Below the pieces are notes generated by a model. It had not been told where the DNA came from. It was given only the letters and a program-made list of their open reading frames with translations, and made no database searches. A stretch of 63,768 nucleotides of DNA from Gammaproteobacteria bacterium (GTDB lineage: Bacteria; Pseudomonadota; Gammaproteobacteria; GCA-001735895). The stretch is taken from contig JBFFXR010000001.1 of NCBI GenBank assembly GCA_041569645.1, positions 1-63,768 on the forward strand. Direction: 5' to 3'. The translations under genes and the position numbers were made by a program. Shown here piece by piece: positions 53,129 through 61,763 of this stretch (the first letter of the stretch is position 1; each line of letters opens with the position of its first letter).

Positions 53129-53599
53129 CTATTCGCGATGATAGGGATGCTTGTTCAGGATACTCCACGCGCGGTAGAGTTGTTCGAGCAGGACGATGCG
53201 CACCAGCGCATGCGGCAAGGTCGCCGGCCCCAGCGAAACGCGCTGCGCGCAGGCCTCGAGACAATCCCCGGAGAGACCGTCGGGACCGCCGATAACGAGG
53301 TCGACGTGCGGATGCCGCTGCATCCAGCCGGCCAGCTCGCGCGCCCAGTCGTCGCTCGACCAGGCCCGGCCGCGCTCGTCGAGCGCGAGGGCCAGACCGC
53401 CGGGGTTGAGCCGGTCGACGATCCGGCGTCCCTGCTCCTGCTTGCGCTCGGCCGGCGAGGTTTTCGCGCCACGCGGCACCAGTGGCAGGCTGACGATTTC
53501 GGGTTTGATCTCGCGCGGCAGGCGAGCGAGATATTCGTCGCAGCCGGCGTCGACCCAGGCCGGAAGTCTTTGCGCAACGCTCAGTATCCGGATGCGCAC
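53129..53599 (-). CDS. rlmH: 23S rRNA (pseudouridine1915-N3)-methyltransferase
   Basis: GTG at 53599 (VRIRILSVAQRLPAWV...), 156 aa, with a SPOUT C-terminal knot motif (SLGPATLPHALVRIVLLEQLYRA). Confidence 0.92.
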   Translation of the reverse strand: MRIRILSVAQRLPAWVDAGCDEYLARLPREIKPEIVSLPLVPRGAKTSPAERKQEQGRRIVDRLNPGGLALALDERGRAWSSDDWARELAGWMQRHPHVDLVIGGPDGLSGDCLEACAQRVSLGPATLPHALVRIVLLEQLYRAWSILNKHPYHRE

Positions 53600-53600
53600 A

Positions 53601-53963
53601 CTATGAATCCGGCGCGAGCGTTTCGCTCCAGAGTTTTTCCAGTTCGTAGTAGCGACGTACGTCGGGCAACATGATGTGAACGATGACGTCACCGAGATCG
53701 ACCAGAATCCATTCGCCGGCTTCGGCGCCTTCGACGCCCAGCGGTCGATGGCCGCGGGCATCGGCAGCTTCGACAACCGCGTCGGCAATCGCGCCCGTGT
53801 GCCGCGTCGACGTACCGCTGGCGACGATCATCGTGTCGGTGAAGCTCGCCCGCGCGCGCACGTCGAGCTCGACGATATCGACCGCCTTGAGGTCTTCGAG
53901 GGCCTGCCGCGCGAGCTGGCGAACGGCGGCCGATTCCAGCGAGACGGGCTCGGAGTCAGCCAT
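53601..53963 (-). CDS. rsfS: ribosome silencing factor
   Basis: 120 aa with the motifs FTDTMIVASGTSTRH and WILVDLGDVIVHIM. Confidence 0.92.
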   Translation of the reverse strand: MADSEPVSLESAAVRQLARQALEDLKAVDIVELDVRARASFTDTMIVASGTSTRHTGAIADAVVEAADARGHRPLGVEGAEAGEWILVDLGDVIVHIMLPDVRRYYELEKLWSETLAPDS

Positions 53964-54579
53964 CGGCGGTGCGATACAGTTGCCGGGTTTCGATGTAGTC
54001 GGCCACCTGCGGATGCAGGCAGTCCGGAGGCGGCGCCTCGCCGGCGGCCAGCGCCGCGCGAATCGCACTCGATGCGCAATCGTTGGCGTCGATGTCGAGC
54101 AGCAGGATCGCGCCGGCCGGACTCGCGGCTAACGCCGCGACCGACGCGACCCGATTATCGGCGCAGATCCCGGCATCGACGGCGACATCGGGGCGCAAAC
54201 AGACGGCGATATTCGCCAGACGCAGAATCTCGGCCGGCTCGCGCCAGCCGGCGAAGCCGTTGAACGCGTCGCCGCCGAGAATCAGCACCAGCGGGCCGGC
54301 AAGCGCCGCACGCAGCGCACGCAGCGTATCGACCGAGTACGAGGGACCGCCACGGTCGAGCTCTTGCCGATCGAGCGAAAACGCGGGCTCGTCGTCGATC
54401 GCCAGTTCGATCATCGCCACCCGATGTGCAACGCTTGCGCGCGGCGGATCGCGATGCACCGGCTCGGCACAGGGCACGAAGCGCACCGCGTCGAGCCCGA
54501 GGCGCTGCCGAACCGCCGCCGCGACGAGAACGTGGCCGTTATGGATGGGGTCGAAGCTGCCACCCAGGATACCGATCAT
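53956..54579 (-). CDS. nadD: nicotinate-nucleotide adenylyltransferase
   Basis: MIGILGGSFDPIHNGH (HxGH motif); 207 aa. Confidence 0.93.
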   Translation of the reverse strand: MIGILGGSFDPIHNGHVLVAAAVRQRLGLDAVRFVPCAEPVHRDPPRASVAHRVAMIELAIDDEPAFSLDRQELDRGGPSYSVDTLRALRAALAGPLVLILGGDAFNGFAGWREPAEILRLANIAVCLRPDVAVDAGICADNRVASVAALAASPAGAILLLDIDANDCASSAIRAALAAGEAPPPDCLHPQVADYIETRQLYRTADG

Positions 54580-54591
54580 GCGCGGGACAGG

Positions 54592-55878
54592 CTAACTGCG
54601 AATGTGGCCGTCGCCGAAGACCACGTATTTTTGCGTGGTCAGGCCTTCGAGGCCGACGGGACCGCGCGCGTGCAGCTTGTCGGTGCTGATACCGATCTCG
54701 GCGCCGAGACCGTATTCGAAGCCATCGGCAAAACCGGTCGACGCGTTGACTATCACCGAACTCGAATCGACGCGCCGCAGGAATTCGCGCGTATGGCGGT
54801 AATCGTCGCTGACGATCGCATCGGTGTGGTGCGAGCCGTAACGATTGATATGCTCGATCGCCGGTTCGAGCCCGTCGACGATGCGGATCGCGAGGATCGG
54901 CGCGAGATATTCGGCATGCCAGTCGTCCTCGCCGGCTTTCGCGATCGACGCATCGAGCGCGCGGCTGCGCTCGCAGCCACGCAGTTCGACGCCGGCGGCA
55001 CGCATCCGCGCGATAATTTCGGGCAATACGGTCGGCGCGATCGCGACGTCGACGAGCAGCGTCTCCATCGCGTTGCAGACGCCGTAGCGGCGGTTCTTCG
55101 CGTTGTCGGCGATCGCGATCGCCTTGACCGGATCGGCGGCGCCATCGATATAGACGTGACAGTTGCCGTCGAGGTGCTTGATCACCGGGATCTTCGATTC
55201 GCCGGCGATGCGCTCGATCAGCGATTTGCCACCGCGCGGAATGATCACGTCGATCGCGTCGTCCATTTGCAGCATCAGGCCGACCGCCTCGCGGTCGGGC
55301 GTGGCGACGACCTGAACCGCGGCTTCGTCGAGGCCGGCTTCAACGAGGCCCTCGCGGATGCACTGGTAGATTGCCTGATTCGAATGCAGGGCTTCCTTGC
55401 CGCCGCGCAGGATGCTGGCATTGCCGGATTTGAGGCACAGCGCTGCCGCGTCGACGGTGACGTTGGGCCGCGATTCGTAAATGATACCGATCACGCCGAG
55501 CGGCACGCGCATCTTGCCGACCTGGATGCCCGACGGGCGATAGCGCAGCTCGCTGATCTCGCCGACCGGGTCGGCCAGCGCGGCGACCTGTTCGAGACCC
55601 TCGATCATCGCGTCGATTCGCGCCGGGTCGAGTTCGAGACGCTCGGTCAGCGCCGGGCTCAGCTGCGCGCCGGCGGCGCCGGCGAGATCCTTCCGGTTGG
55701 CCTCGAGGATGAAGTCGCGGCGTGCGTCGAGCGCGCGCGCAATCGCGCCCAGCGCGGCGTTCTTCTGCTGGGGTTCGGCGTGCGCGAGAACCGCGGCCGC
55801 CGCGCGCGCGGCGAGACCGAGTTCGCGCATGTAAGCGCCGAGGTCGGCGGCGTAGTCGTCAGGTAAGGCCAGACTCAT
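54592..55878 (-). CDS. proA: gamma-glutamyl phosphate reductase
   Basis: Full-length ProA pattern ([16 protein letters not shown], catalytic CNAMETLLV). The chosen ATG at 55878 overlaps the holA 3' end by 20 nt; 55899 and 55830 are alternatives. Confidence 0.92.
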   Translation of the reverse strand: MSLALPDDYAADLGAYMRELGLAARAAAAVLAHAEPQQKNAALGAIARALDARRDFILEANRKDLAGAAGAQLSPALTERLELDPARIDAMIEGLEQVAALADPVGEISELRYRPSGIQVGKMRVPLGVIGIIYESRPNVTVDAAALCLKSGNASILRGGKEALHSNQAIYQCIREGLVEAGLDEAAVQVVATPDREAVGLMLQMDDAIDVIIPRGGKSLIERIAGESKIPVIKHLDGNCHVYIDGAADPVKAIAIADNAKNRRYGVCNAMETLLVDVAIAPTVLPEIIARMRAAGVELRGCERSRALDASIAKAGEDDWHAEYLAPILAIRIVDGLEPAIEHINRYGSHHTDAIVSDDYRHTREFLRRVDSSSVIVNASTGFADGFEYGLGAEIGISTDKLHARGPVGLEGLTTQKYVVFGDGHIRS

Positions 55879-56890
55879 GGCGGTTGGTCGTTTCTCCACA
55901 AAAGCGGGTCACCAGGGAGCGGATTTCGTGCCAGTCCGCTTGCGGGAAATCGCTGCCCTCCTGACCCTTGCCAAGGCGGTCTAATTTAGCACAGCTTTGC
56001 AGCAAACGCTCGACCACCGCCGCCGGCAGGCGCCCGAGCGCGGCGCGGTACAGGCGCTGCTTGTTGCGCCAGATGCGCAGCCGTTGCCAGGTACGGTCGT
56101 CGATGCCGCCGGCGCGCTCGGCCGCCGCGAGCTCGTCGAGCTGTTCCAGCGCCGCCTGCAATGCCCAGCGCAACTGTGGCGTCGCATAGCCTTCGGCATC
56201 GAGGCTGCGCAGGATCTTGACTGCGCGCGCGGTCTGCCCGGCGAGACAGGCGTCGACCAGCAGGAAATGACTATAGCGCGACGACTGGGCGATAGAATCC
56301 TCGATCATCGCCAAATCGATGCGCGCGTCGGCGGTGAAACGGATCGACAGCTTTTCGAGCTCCTGGTCGGCGGCGAGCAAGTTGCCCTCGGTACGCTCGG
56401 CGAGGAATTGCGCCGCCTGGCCATCGAGCTCGAGCCCCTTGGCCCGCGCGCGCTCGCCGATCCAGTCAGGTAACTGGTTGTCGTATACCGGCTTCAGCTC
56501 GACGATGCGGCCGTGACTCTCGATAGCGCGAAACCACGCGGTCTTGCGCGTCGCGCGGTCGAGCACCGGGGTCACGAAAATGAAGACGTCGCCGGCGGCG
56601 ATCCGCGCGCACAGCGCTTCTATCGCTTTCGCGCCGGCGACGCCCGGCTTGCCGGTCGGCAGCGTGACGATGCGGCATTTGTTGCTCGCGAACAGCGACA
56701 GCGTATCCCTGTCCTCGAGCAGTTCGTTCCAGTCGAAACCGGCGTCGGCCTGCAGGTTCAAAATATCTTCGCAACCCGCCGCGCGCAGCGCCGCGCGCGC
56801 GTCGTCGAGCCAGTCGCGCAGCAGCAGCGGCTCGCCGCTGGCGAGCAGATAGACGGGCTGCAAATCCCGGGTGATACCGACGCCTTGCAT
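55859..56890 (-). CDS. holA: DNA polymerase III delta subunit
   Basis: N-terminal [13 protein letters not shown] and a length typical of HolA. The start is the ATG at 56890 or the GTG at 56908. Confidence 0.88.
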   Translation of the reverse strand: MQGVGITRDLQPVYLLASGEPLLLRDWLDDARAALRAAGCEDILNLQADAGFDWNELLEDRDTLSLFASNKCRIVTLPTGKPGVAGAKAIEALCARIAAGDVFIFVTPVLDRATRKTAWFRAIESHGRIVELKPVYDNQLPDWIGERARAKGLELDGQAAQFLAERTEGNLLAADQELEKLSIRFTADARIDLAMIEDSIAQSSRYSHFLLVDACLAGQTARAVKILRSLDAEGYATPQLRWALQAALEQLDELAAAERAGGIDDRTWQRLRIWRNKQRLYRAALGRLPAAVVERLLQSCAKLDRLGKGQEGSDFPQADWHEIRSLVTRFCGETTNRHESGLT

Positions 56891-56930
56891 GGGCGGCAAT
56901 GCTAGCACAGAAGCGCGCTGTGGCCGGCGG

Positions 56931-56967
56931 AAAAAAAGGATCCCCGGTCACGAAGAGCGCGGGGATC
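56931..56967 (-). terminator. rho-independent terminator just upstream of holA
   Basis: The minus strand reads GATCCCCG-(13-nt loop)-CGGGGATC followed by CTTTTTTT. Confidence 0.55.
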
Positions 56968-57075
56968 GAATGATTACCTGCTATATCATCCAGCAGCTTC
57001 CTGCAAGGCTTCCTGCCTCCGATGTGGGGAGAAAGTCCTTGTACACATCTCCGTCACCCGCCTCCTTGCAGGCAC
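56931..57075 (-). ncRNA. candidate small RNA (roughly 145 nt), unclassified
   Basis: A weak promoter (TTCAGC, 18-nt spacer, TATACT; -10 at 57087..57082) precedes a 9-bp long-range stem (CCTGCAAGG/CCTTGCAGG, 56999..57007 with 57064..57072). There is an inner GGAGA/TCTCC stem, and the unit ends at the terminator above. No convincing ORF is present. Confidence 0.25.
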
Positions 57076-57154
57076 GAAATCAGTATAGCCGCCGACCGGC
57101 GCCCGGCTGAAGTCGCAGCGGAGGTTTGAGCTGTAAGCCAGGGCAAAAGCCGAT

Positions 57155-57170
57155 GTAGGATTTTTCCTAC
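57155..57170 (-). terminator. short perfect hairpin after the permease gene
   Basis: GTAGGA-AAAA-TCCTAC lies 22 nt after the stop, followed by ATCGGCTTTTGCC. The stem is weak and AU-rich. Confidence 0.3.
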
Positions 57171-57192
57171 AATTTCCGGCCTACGCGGCGAA

Positions 57193-58404
57193 TCAGACGT
57201 CGCGCAGCCCGTCCGACGGCTGGATGCGAGCCGCGCGCAGCCCGCCGAGTATCGCCGCGTAGATCGCGATCAGGACGGTCAGGCCGAGCGCCCAGAGGAA
57301 ATGCTCGGTCAGCAGAAAGCAGAGCTTGCGGTCGATGTTCAGCGTCGGCGCGAGCACGTGGTTGATCAGGTGCTCGAATACGAGGTAGATCAGCACCGCC
57401 AGCAGCCAGCCGAGAAACGCGGTGTAGCAGGATTGCAGCACCGGGAACAGCACGATGCGGCCGCTCTTGAAACCGATCAGGCGCAGGATACTCAGATCCT
57501 TGCGTTTGCGGTCGACGTTGGCCCACAGGCTCGCACCGAGCGAAAACGAGAAACCCAGCGCGCCGACGCAGGCGATGATCCAGAAAATCACCGACAGGTT
57601 GCGGTCGATCGACTGCACCGTGTCGATCTCGGCGACGTTGGCCTTGACCCGCACGCCCTCGCGCTCGAGATCCTCGACCAGCCGCGTGACGTCGTAGATC
57701 GATCGCGCGTAGAGCCGGAAGGACGGGAAGCTGCGCGCCCCGGCCGTCGCCGAGTTGCCGCTCCAGCCGAGTTCGGGCACCGCCCGGCCATCCTTGAAGT
57801 GTTCGCTGGCGATCAGCAGGTCGAGGTGAACGAAGGCCACGTTGCGCGGCGTCACGCCGGGATCGGCCACGCTGATCACGGTCAGCGGCAGGTGCACGCG
57901 CTCGCGTTTGCCGCGAAACTGGCGCGCGAGGCTGCCGTCGATACGATCGCCGGCGGTAATCTCGAGGCGTTTGGCGGCGCTCGCACTGAGTACGACCTCG
58001 TAGTAGTTGGCCGGCGCGCGCAGGCCGCTGCCGAGCAACGGATCGCCCGCTGCGGTCGCCAGCAGTTCGGTCGACAGGATACGCCTGGCGGTGTCGCTCT
58101 TGAGCTGAATCGTCGCCGCCAGCGCGCGCGTTTTCGGGATGATGAACTCGACGTCTTCGCGCGCGCGCAGGCGCTCGATCCAGGCATCGTCGTAACTGCC
58201 GCTGCCGATCGGCCGAATTTCGCGGTTGATCGGGTTTTCGACCAGATCGGCGATCATCGTGCTGACGACACCGAACTTGAGGCCGAACAGAATCATCATC
58301 GGCGCCAGCACCGAGGCCAGCGCGAGTACGAAACAGCCCGACATGCGCCATTCGTGGCTGTAGTCGCGAAAACTCAGGCGGACGATGTTGGTGATCTGCG
58401 CCAT
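57193..58404 (-). CDS. MacB/FtsX-type ABC permease (four TM segments with a large periplasmic loop)
   Basis: The ATG at 58404 overlaps the ATPase stop. TM1 spans about aa 22 to 47, followed by a hydrophilic loop of roughly 220 aa and three C-terminal TMs. An FtsX-like stretch (KRKDLSILRLIGFKSGRI) is present; 403 aa. Confidence 0.8.
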   Translation of the reverse strand: MAQITNIVRLSFRDYSHEWRMSGCFVLALASVLAPMMILFGLKFGVVSTMIADLVENPINREIRPIGSGSYDDAWIERLRAREDVEFIIPKTRALAATIQLKSDTARRILSTELLATAAGDPLLGSGLRAPANYYEVVLSASAAKRLEITAGDRIDGSLARQFRGKRERVHLPLTVISVADPGVTPRNVAFVHLDLLIASEHFKDGRAVPELGWSGNSATAGARSFPSFRLYARSIYDVTRLVEDLEREGVRVKANVAEIDTVQSIDRNLSVIFWIIACVGALGFSFSLGASLWANVDRKRKDLSILRLIGFKSGRIVLFPVLQSCYTAFLGWLLAVLIYLVFEHLINHVLAPTLNIDRKLCFLLTEHFLWALGLTVLIAIYAAILGGLRAARIQPSDGLRDV

Positions 58405-59129
58405 CAATCGCAAAAAGTCGACTGGTAGATCTTGCCGTCGTCGACCGGCTCGGCAACCTGGTTCAAGGTACGTAAATCCATTTTGTAGACGTGATGCCAG
58501 TCGTGGCTCGCGGTGATCAACGTGATCTTGAGCCCCTTGATGACCTCCATGACGACCGCCATGATCTTCTGGGTCGTGATCGGGTCGAGGGTCGCGGTCG
58601 GCTCGTCGGCGATCAGGATCGACGGCCGGTGCGACAGCGCGCGGGCGAAAGCCGCGCGCGAGCGCTCGCCGACCGACAGGTAGCCCGGTAGCTTGTCGAG
58701 CTGGCGCTGAATGCCGAGCACTTTCGATATCGATTCGATCGAGTCGTCGTCCGGCAGGTTCAGCAGCCGCCGCGGCAGTTCGATATTTTCGCGCACGGTC
58801 AGGTACGGTAGCAGGCCGCCCGATTGCAGCACGTAGCCGATGTGGCGCTTGCGGATTTGCGACAGGGGGCCCTGGCGATTGCGTTGCCACATATCGGCGA
58901 CATCGCTGTTGTCGCCATCGATCGGGTGCAGGTTGAAATCCTCGGAGTCATCGGGACGCAGAATCAGCGCCAGCATGTCGAGCAAGGTACTCTTGCCACA
59001 GCCGCTGTGGCCGATCAGAGCGATGTTTTCCTGCGCGCGAATCTCGATCTTCGGCACGCACAGGCGAAAACCGACGCCGTCGTTCAGCCGTTCCTTGACG
59101 ACGTTCCTGAGCGTATAGATGATCGACAC
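58404..59129 (-). CDS. ABC transporter ATP-binding protein
   Basis: GTG start. Motifs are Walker A GHSGCGKST, Q-loop GYVLQ, signature variant LSVGERSR, Walker B ILIADEPT and H-loop ASHD. Confidence 0.9.
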   Translation of the reverse strand: MSIIYTLRNVVKERLNDGVGFRLCVPKIEIRAQENIALIGHSGCGKSTLLDMLALILRPDDSEDFNLHPIDGDNSDVADMWQRNRQGPLSQIRKRHIGYVLQSGGLLPYLTVRENIELPRRLLNLPDDDSIESISKVLGIQRQLDKLPGYLSVGERSRAAFARALSHRPSILIADEPTATLDPITTQKIMAVVMEVIKGLKITLITASHDWHHVYKMDLRTLNQVAEPVDDGKIYQSTFCD

Positions 59130-59138
59130 CGCCGTAAG

Positions 59139-61094
59139 TCAGGGCAGCAGGTCGAGGGCGACCGGAAATACCGAGTTGCCGTTGACCGGCCCGCCGCCGG
59201 GCGTGACCCACAGGTCGGTATGGTCGTGCAGCGCCTGGTAGTAGTTGATCTTGCTTTCGAGGCGGTGCATGAACTCGATTTGCACCTTGGCCGACCATTC
59301 TTCCCAGGACTCCAATGTCAGGTTCATGACCTCGCCGGTATACGGCAAATCCTCGATGTATTCGCGCATGTAGCCCATGTCGGCGAGATTGCCGCCCGCC
59401 CCGGACGTGCTCGCGGCGACCGCCGACGGATCGCGGCTGACCGTTGCCGCGAGGCTCTTGAGATCGTCGATGAAATTTTGCGGGCTCAGCACGCCTTCCT
59501 CGGCGAGTTCGAGCACCTGCTGCATGACGTTTTTCAAATCGGAGAGCTGATCGCGCGTCAGCAATACGCGGACGTCGACCGCCGAGCGTTCGGGTTTGAG
59601 AAAGTCGCGATCGACCATCCACGCGTCGAAGACCTTGGGCAGCGGCGCGCCGCGTTCTTTCTGGATGTAGCGCATGCGCAGCGCATTGCCCAGCTTGGCG
59701 ACGCGATCCTGCAATTGCGCGAGCTGGGACTCGCCAGCGTCGCGTTCCGGCAGCGGCAGCGGCGGAACGCCGTTGGTCGTCGCCAGCACCTGCTGGGTAA
59801 TCTGGTTGGCGAGCACTTCGAGCACGGTGCCGAACTCGTCGACCTGGCCGAGGCTGACGCCGTAGTAAAAATCACCGATACCGGGGTAGTACGAAACCTG
59901 CTTGTAGAGCTGCTCGGCCAGCTCGTGGTCGGCGGACTCCGACGGCGTGCGCAGGTGCAGCACCCAGACCGAAACGCCCTTGTCGTAGGCGAGCTGGCGC
60001 AGCGCTTCGGCCGACAGGCGCGTCGCGCCCAGCGAATCGTGACTTTCGCGCGGCCCGGCGTCGGTAATCAGCACGACATAGCGCGCGTCGAATTTTTCCC
60101 AGTCGGTGTCCTCGATCGCCGAGCGGATCCCGGCGTAGGCATCCTCGCGAAAGTCGCGACTGGAAATTTCGGCCGGTTTCAGCGCATTGACGTTGGCGAA
60201 GAAGGTTTTGACATCGGTGCCCTCTGCGAGACTGACGTAGCGACGCGTCAGGTACTCGAGCTCGGGAACCATATCGACGTTGTCGCGATAGGCGGTCAGC
60301 CCGAAGCTCACCTGGTTGGTCAGGCCCTGTCGCTCGATCGCCGCGTAGACTCGCGCTACGGCTTCGCGCGTACGGTCGATGTACGGCCCCATCGACTGCG
60401 TCGAGTCGATGACGAAATGAATCCCGCTGCGGTAGCTGCGTGGCTTGGCGTCGGGCGCCGACAGCTTGCCTGCCGCGTCGCTGTCGTCGAGCGGCACGCT
60501 GGCGATCTCGAGCAGGCGCGCCTGCTCGTTGCCGAGATAGACGTCTTCGTGCTGCTTGATCGGCACGAGGTAGAAATTCTCGCGGATCTCGAGGTGCGCC
60601 TCGGGCTGGATCGCGATTACCGGCGAGTCGGGCGGCGGGCTGCCGCTGACGACCGCGTTGTAGAGCGCCTGGTAGCCGATCTTGTCGTATTTCGTCACCA
60701 TCCGTTCGAGCGCGTCGCGCTCGCCGAACATCATGACTCGCTGGATGTCCTGCGGGTCCTTGAACGACACGGTCAGCGCCGTATTCCACTCGATCGCCTG
60801 GTCGCGGCGGATCCAGCCGGCGATCCGGCCGACGCTGTCGTAGCCGACCTCGAGCCAGTCGCTGCCCTTGTCGTAGACGTAGAGCACGCTGAAAGGCACG
60901 ACCTCGCTCGATGTCGCGGTGTCGGTCGGCGACTCGTAGAGCCGCGCCTCGGGCACGCTCAGGACTCGCTGGTAGAGCGATTTCTTGCCCTCCATCAACA
61001 GCGGTTTCTCGCCCGCAGCGAGCGGCGTCGCCAGACAGGAACACAGCAGGAACAGGAATGCGGTGGCGCGCGGTAATCTGCCGGAGCGCTGCAT
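59139..61094 (-). CDS. secreted von Willebrand factor A (MIDAS) domain protein with N-terminal SH3b-like and C-terminal unknown domains
   Basis: The ATG at 61094 follows AAGGTGA. There is a signal peptide (ATAFLFLLCSCLATPLAAG). MIDAS residues are D230-S-T-Q-S (60407..60393), later TAYRD and ITDAGP; 651 aa. Confidence 0.8.
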   Translation of the reverse strand: MQRSGRLPRATAFLFLLCSCLATPLAAGEKPLLMEGKKSLYQRVLSVPEARLYESPTDTATSSEVVPFSVLYVYDKGSDWLEVGYDSVGRIAGWIRRDQAIEWNTALTVSFKDPQDIQRVMMFGERDALERMVTKYDKIGYQALYNAVVSGSPPPDSPVIAIQPEAHLEIRENFYLVPIKQHEDVYLGNEQARLLEIASVPLDDSDAAGKLSAPDAKPRSYRSGIHFVIDSTQSMGPYIDRTREAVARVYAAIERQGLTNQVSFGLTAYRDNVDMVPELEYLTRRYVSLAEGTDVKTFFANVNALKPAEISSRDFREDAYAGIRSAIEDTDWEKFDARYVVLITDAGPRESHDSLGATRLSAEALRQLAYDKGVSVWVLHLRTPSESADHELAEQLYKQVSYYPGIGDFYYGVSLGQVDEFGTVLEVLANQITQQVLATTNGVPPLPLPERDAGESQLAQLQDRVAKLGNALRMRYIQKERGAPLPKVFDAWMVDRDFLKPERSAVDVRVLLTRDQLSDLKNVMQQVLELAEEGVLSPQNFIDDLKSLAATVSRDPSAVAASTSGAGGNLADMGYMREYIEDLPYTGEVMNLTLESWEEWSAKVQIEFMHRLESKINYYQALHDHTDLWVTPGGGPVNGNSVFPVALDLLP

Positions 61095-61104
61095 GGAAGT
61101 CACC

Positions 61105-61695
61105 TTAACGATAAATGAGAAGCAATTGCGCCGCGTCGGCATCGCCGGCTTCGGCAGCGGCCTGCGCCCAGTGGCGCAACGCGTCGACCCGCGCGCCCGC
61201 ATCCGGATGGCCGAGATCAGCGGCCTTGCGATACCACTTGTGGGCCTGAACCGCATCGGCCTCGTCGAGCAGCGAATCGGCGGCTTCGAAGCGAGTCGGG
61301 TCGGCCATTTCGCCGAGCGTCATGATCGCCGGCAGGTAATCCTCGCGCGCGGCGAAGAAATACAGCAGATGGGCGTCGGCGAGACTGCCCTCGGCAAGAT
61401 GCCGGCCGGCGCGGGCGAAGACTTCTTCGAGCGGGTACGGCTTGCCGGCAGCGCGCATCCGGTCGATGTATTCGCGCGCGTGCATGCCCGGGGGCACCAG
61501 CAGGTTGCGATCGATCGTGTCGGAGGTGGATGATTCGGGATTTTCGACCAGGGTCGCACTGGTTTCGCCCCGATCGCCACTGAGAATGACGAAGACGATG
61601 AGGCCCGCGATTACGGCCGCGATCCCGATCAGCGGATTGATGCGGCGTTGCCGCCGGCGCGCCGCGCCGTTTTCCGGTTCAACTGGTGATGGCAT
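61105..61695 (-). CDS. membrane-anchored Sel1-like repeat protein
   Basis: A positively charged N-terminus (ARRRQRR) precedes one TM (INPLIGIAAVIAGLIVFVILSG). Sel1-like motifs follow (LYFFAAREDYLPAIMTLGEM; AHKWYRKAADLGHPDA). Confidence 0.7.
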   Translation of the reverse strand: MPSPVEPENGAARRRQRRINPLIGIAAVIAGLIVFVILSGDRGETSATLVENPESSTSDTIDRNLLVPPGMHAREYIDRMRAAGKPYPLEEVFARAGRHLAEGSLADAHLLYFFAAREDYLPAIMTLGEMADPTRFEAADSLLDEADAVQAHKWYRKAADLGHPDAGARVDALRHWAQAAAEAGDADAAQLLLIYR

Positions 61696-61763
61696 GGGAC
61701 ATACTAAATTCGCTCAGCTCCGTGTTCGGCTTTGGTGTGTCGATTAGGGTCCCAGTTCGGGCG

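Noticed and set aside
56871-57110. A 79-aa plus-strand ORF in the holA-upstream spacer.
   Set aside because: It begins inside holA on the opposite strand, has no SD sequence, has an odd composition, and bears no resemblance to known families. The region is better explained by RNA structure and terminators.
58824-61076. A 750-aa plus-strand ORF opposite the vWA and ABC-ATPase genes.
   Set aside because: It has the same high-GC antisense signature (runs of R, A, D, G, V) and no recognisable motifs. The minus-strand frames carry Walker, MIDAS and signal-peptide features and are tightly coupled as an operon.
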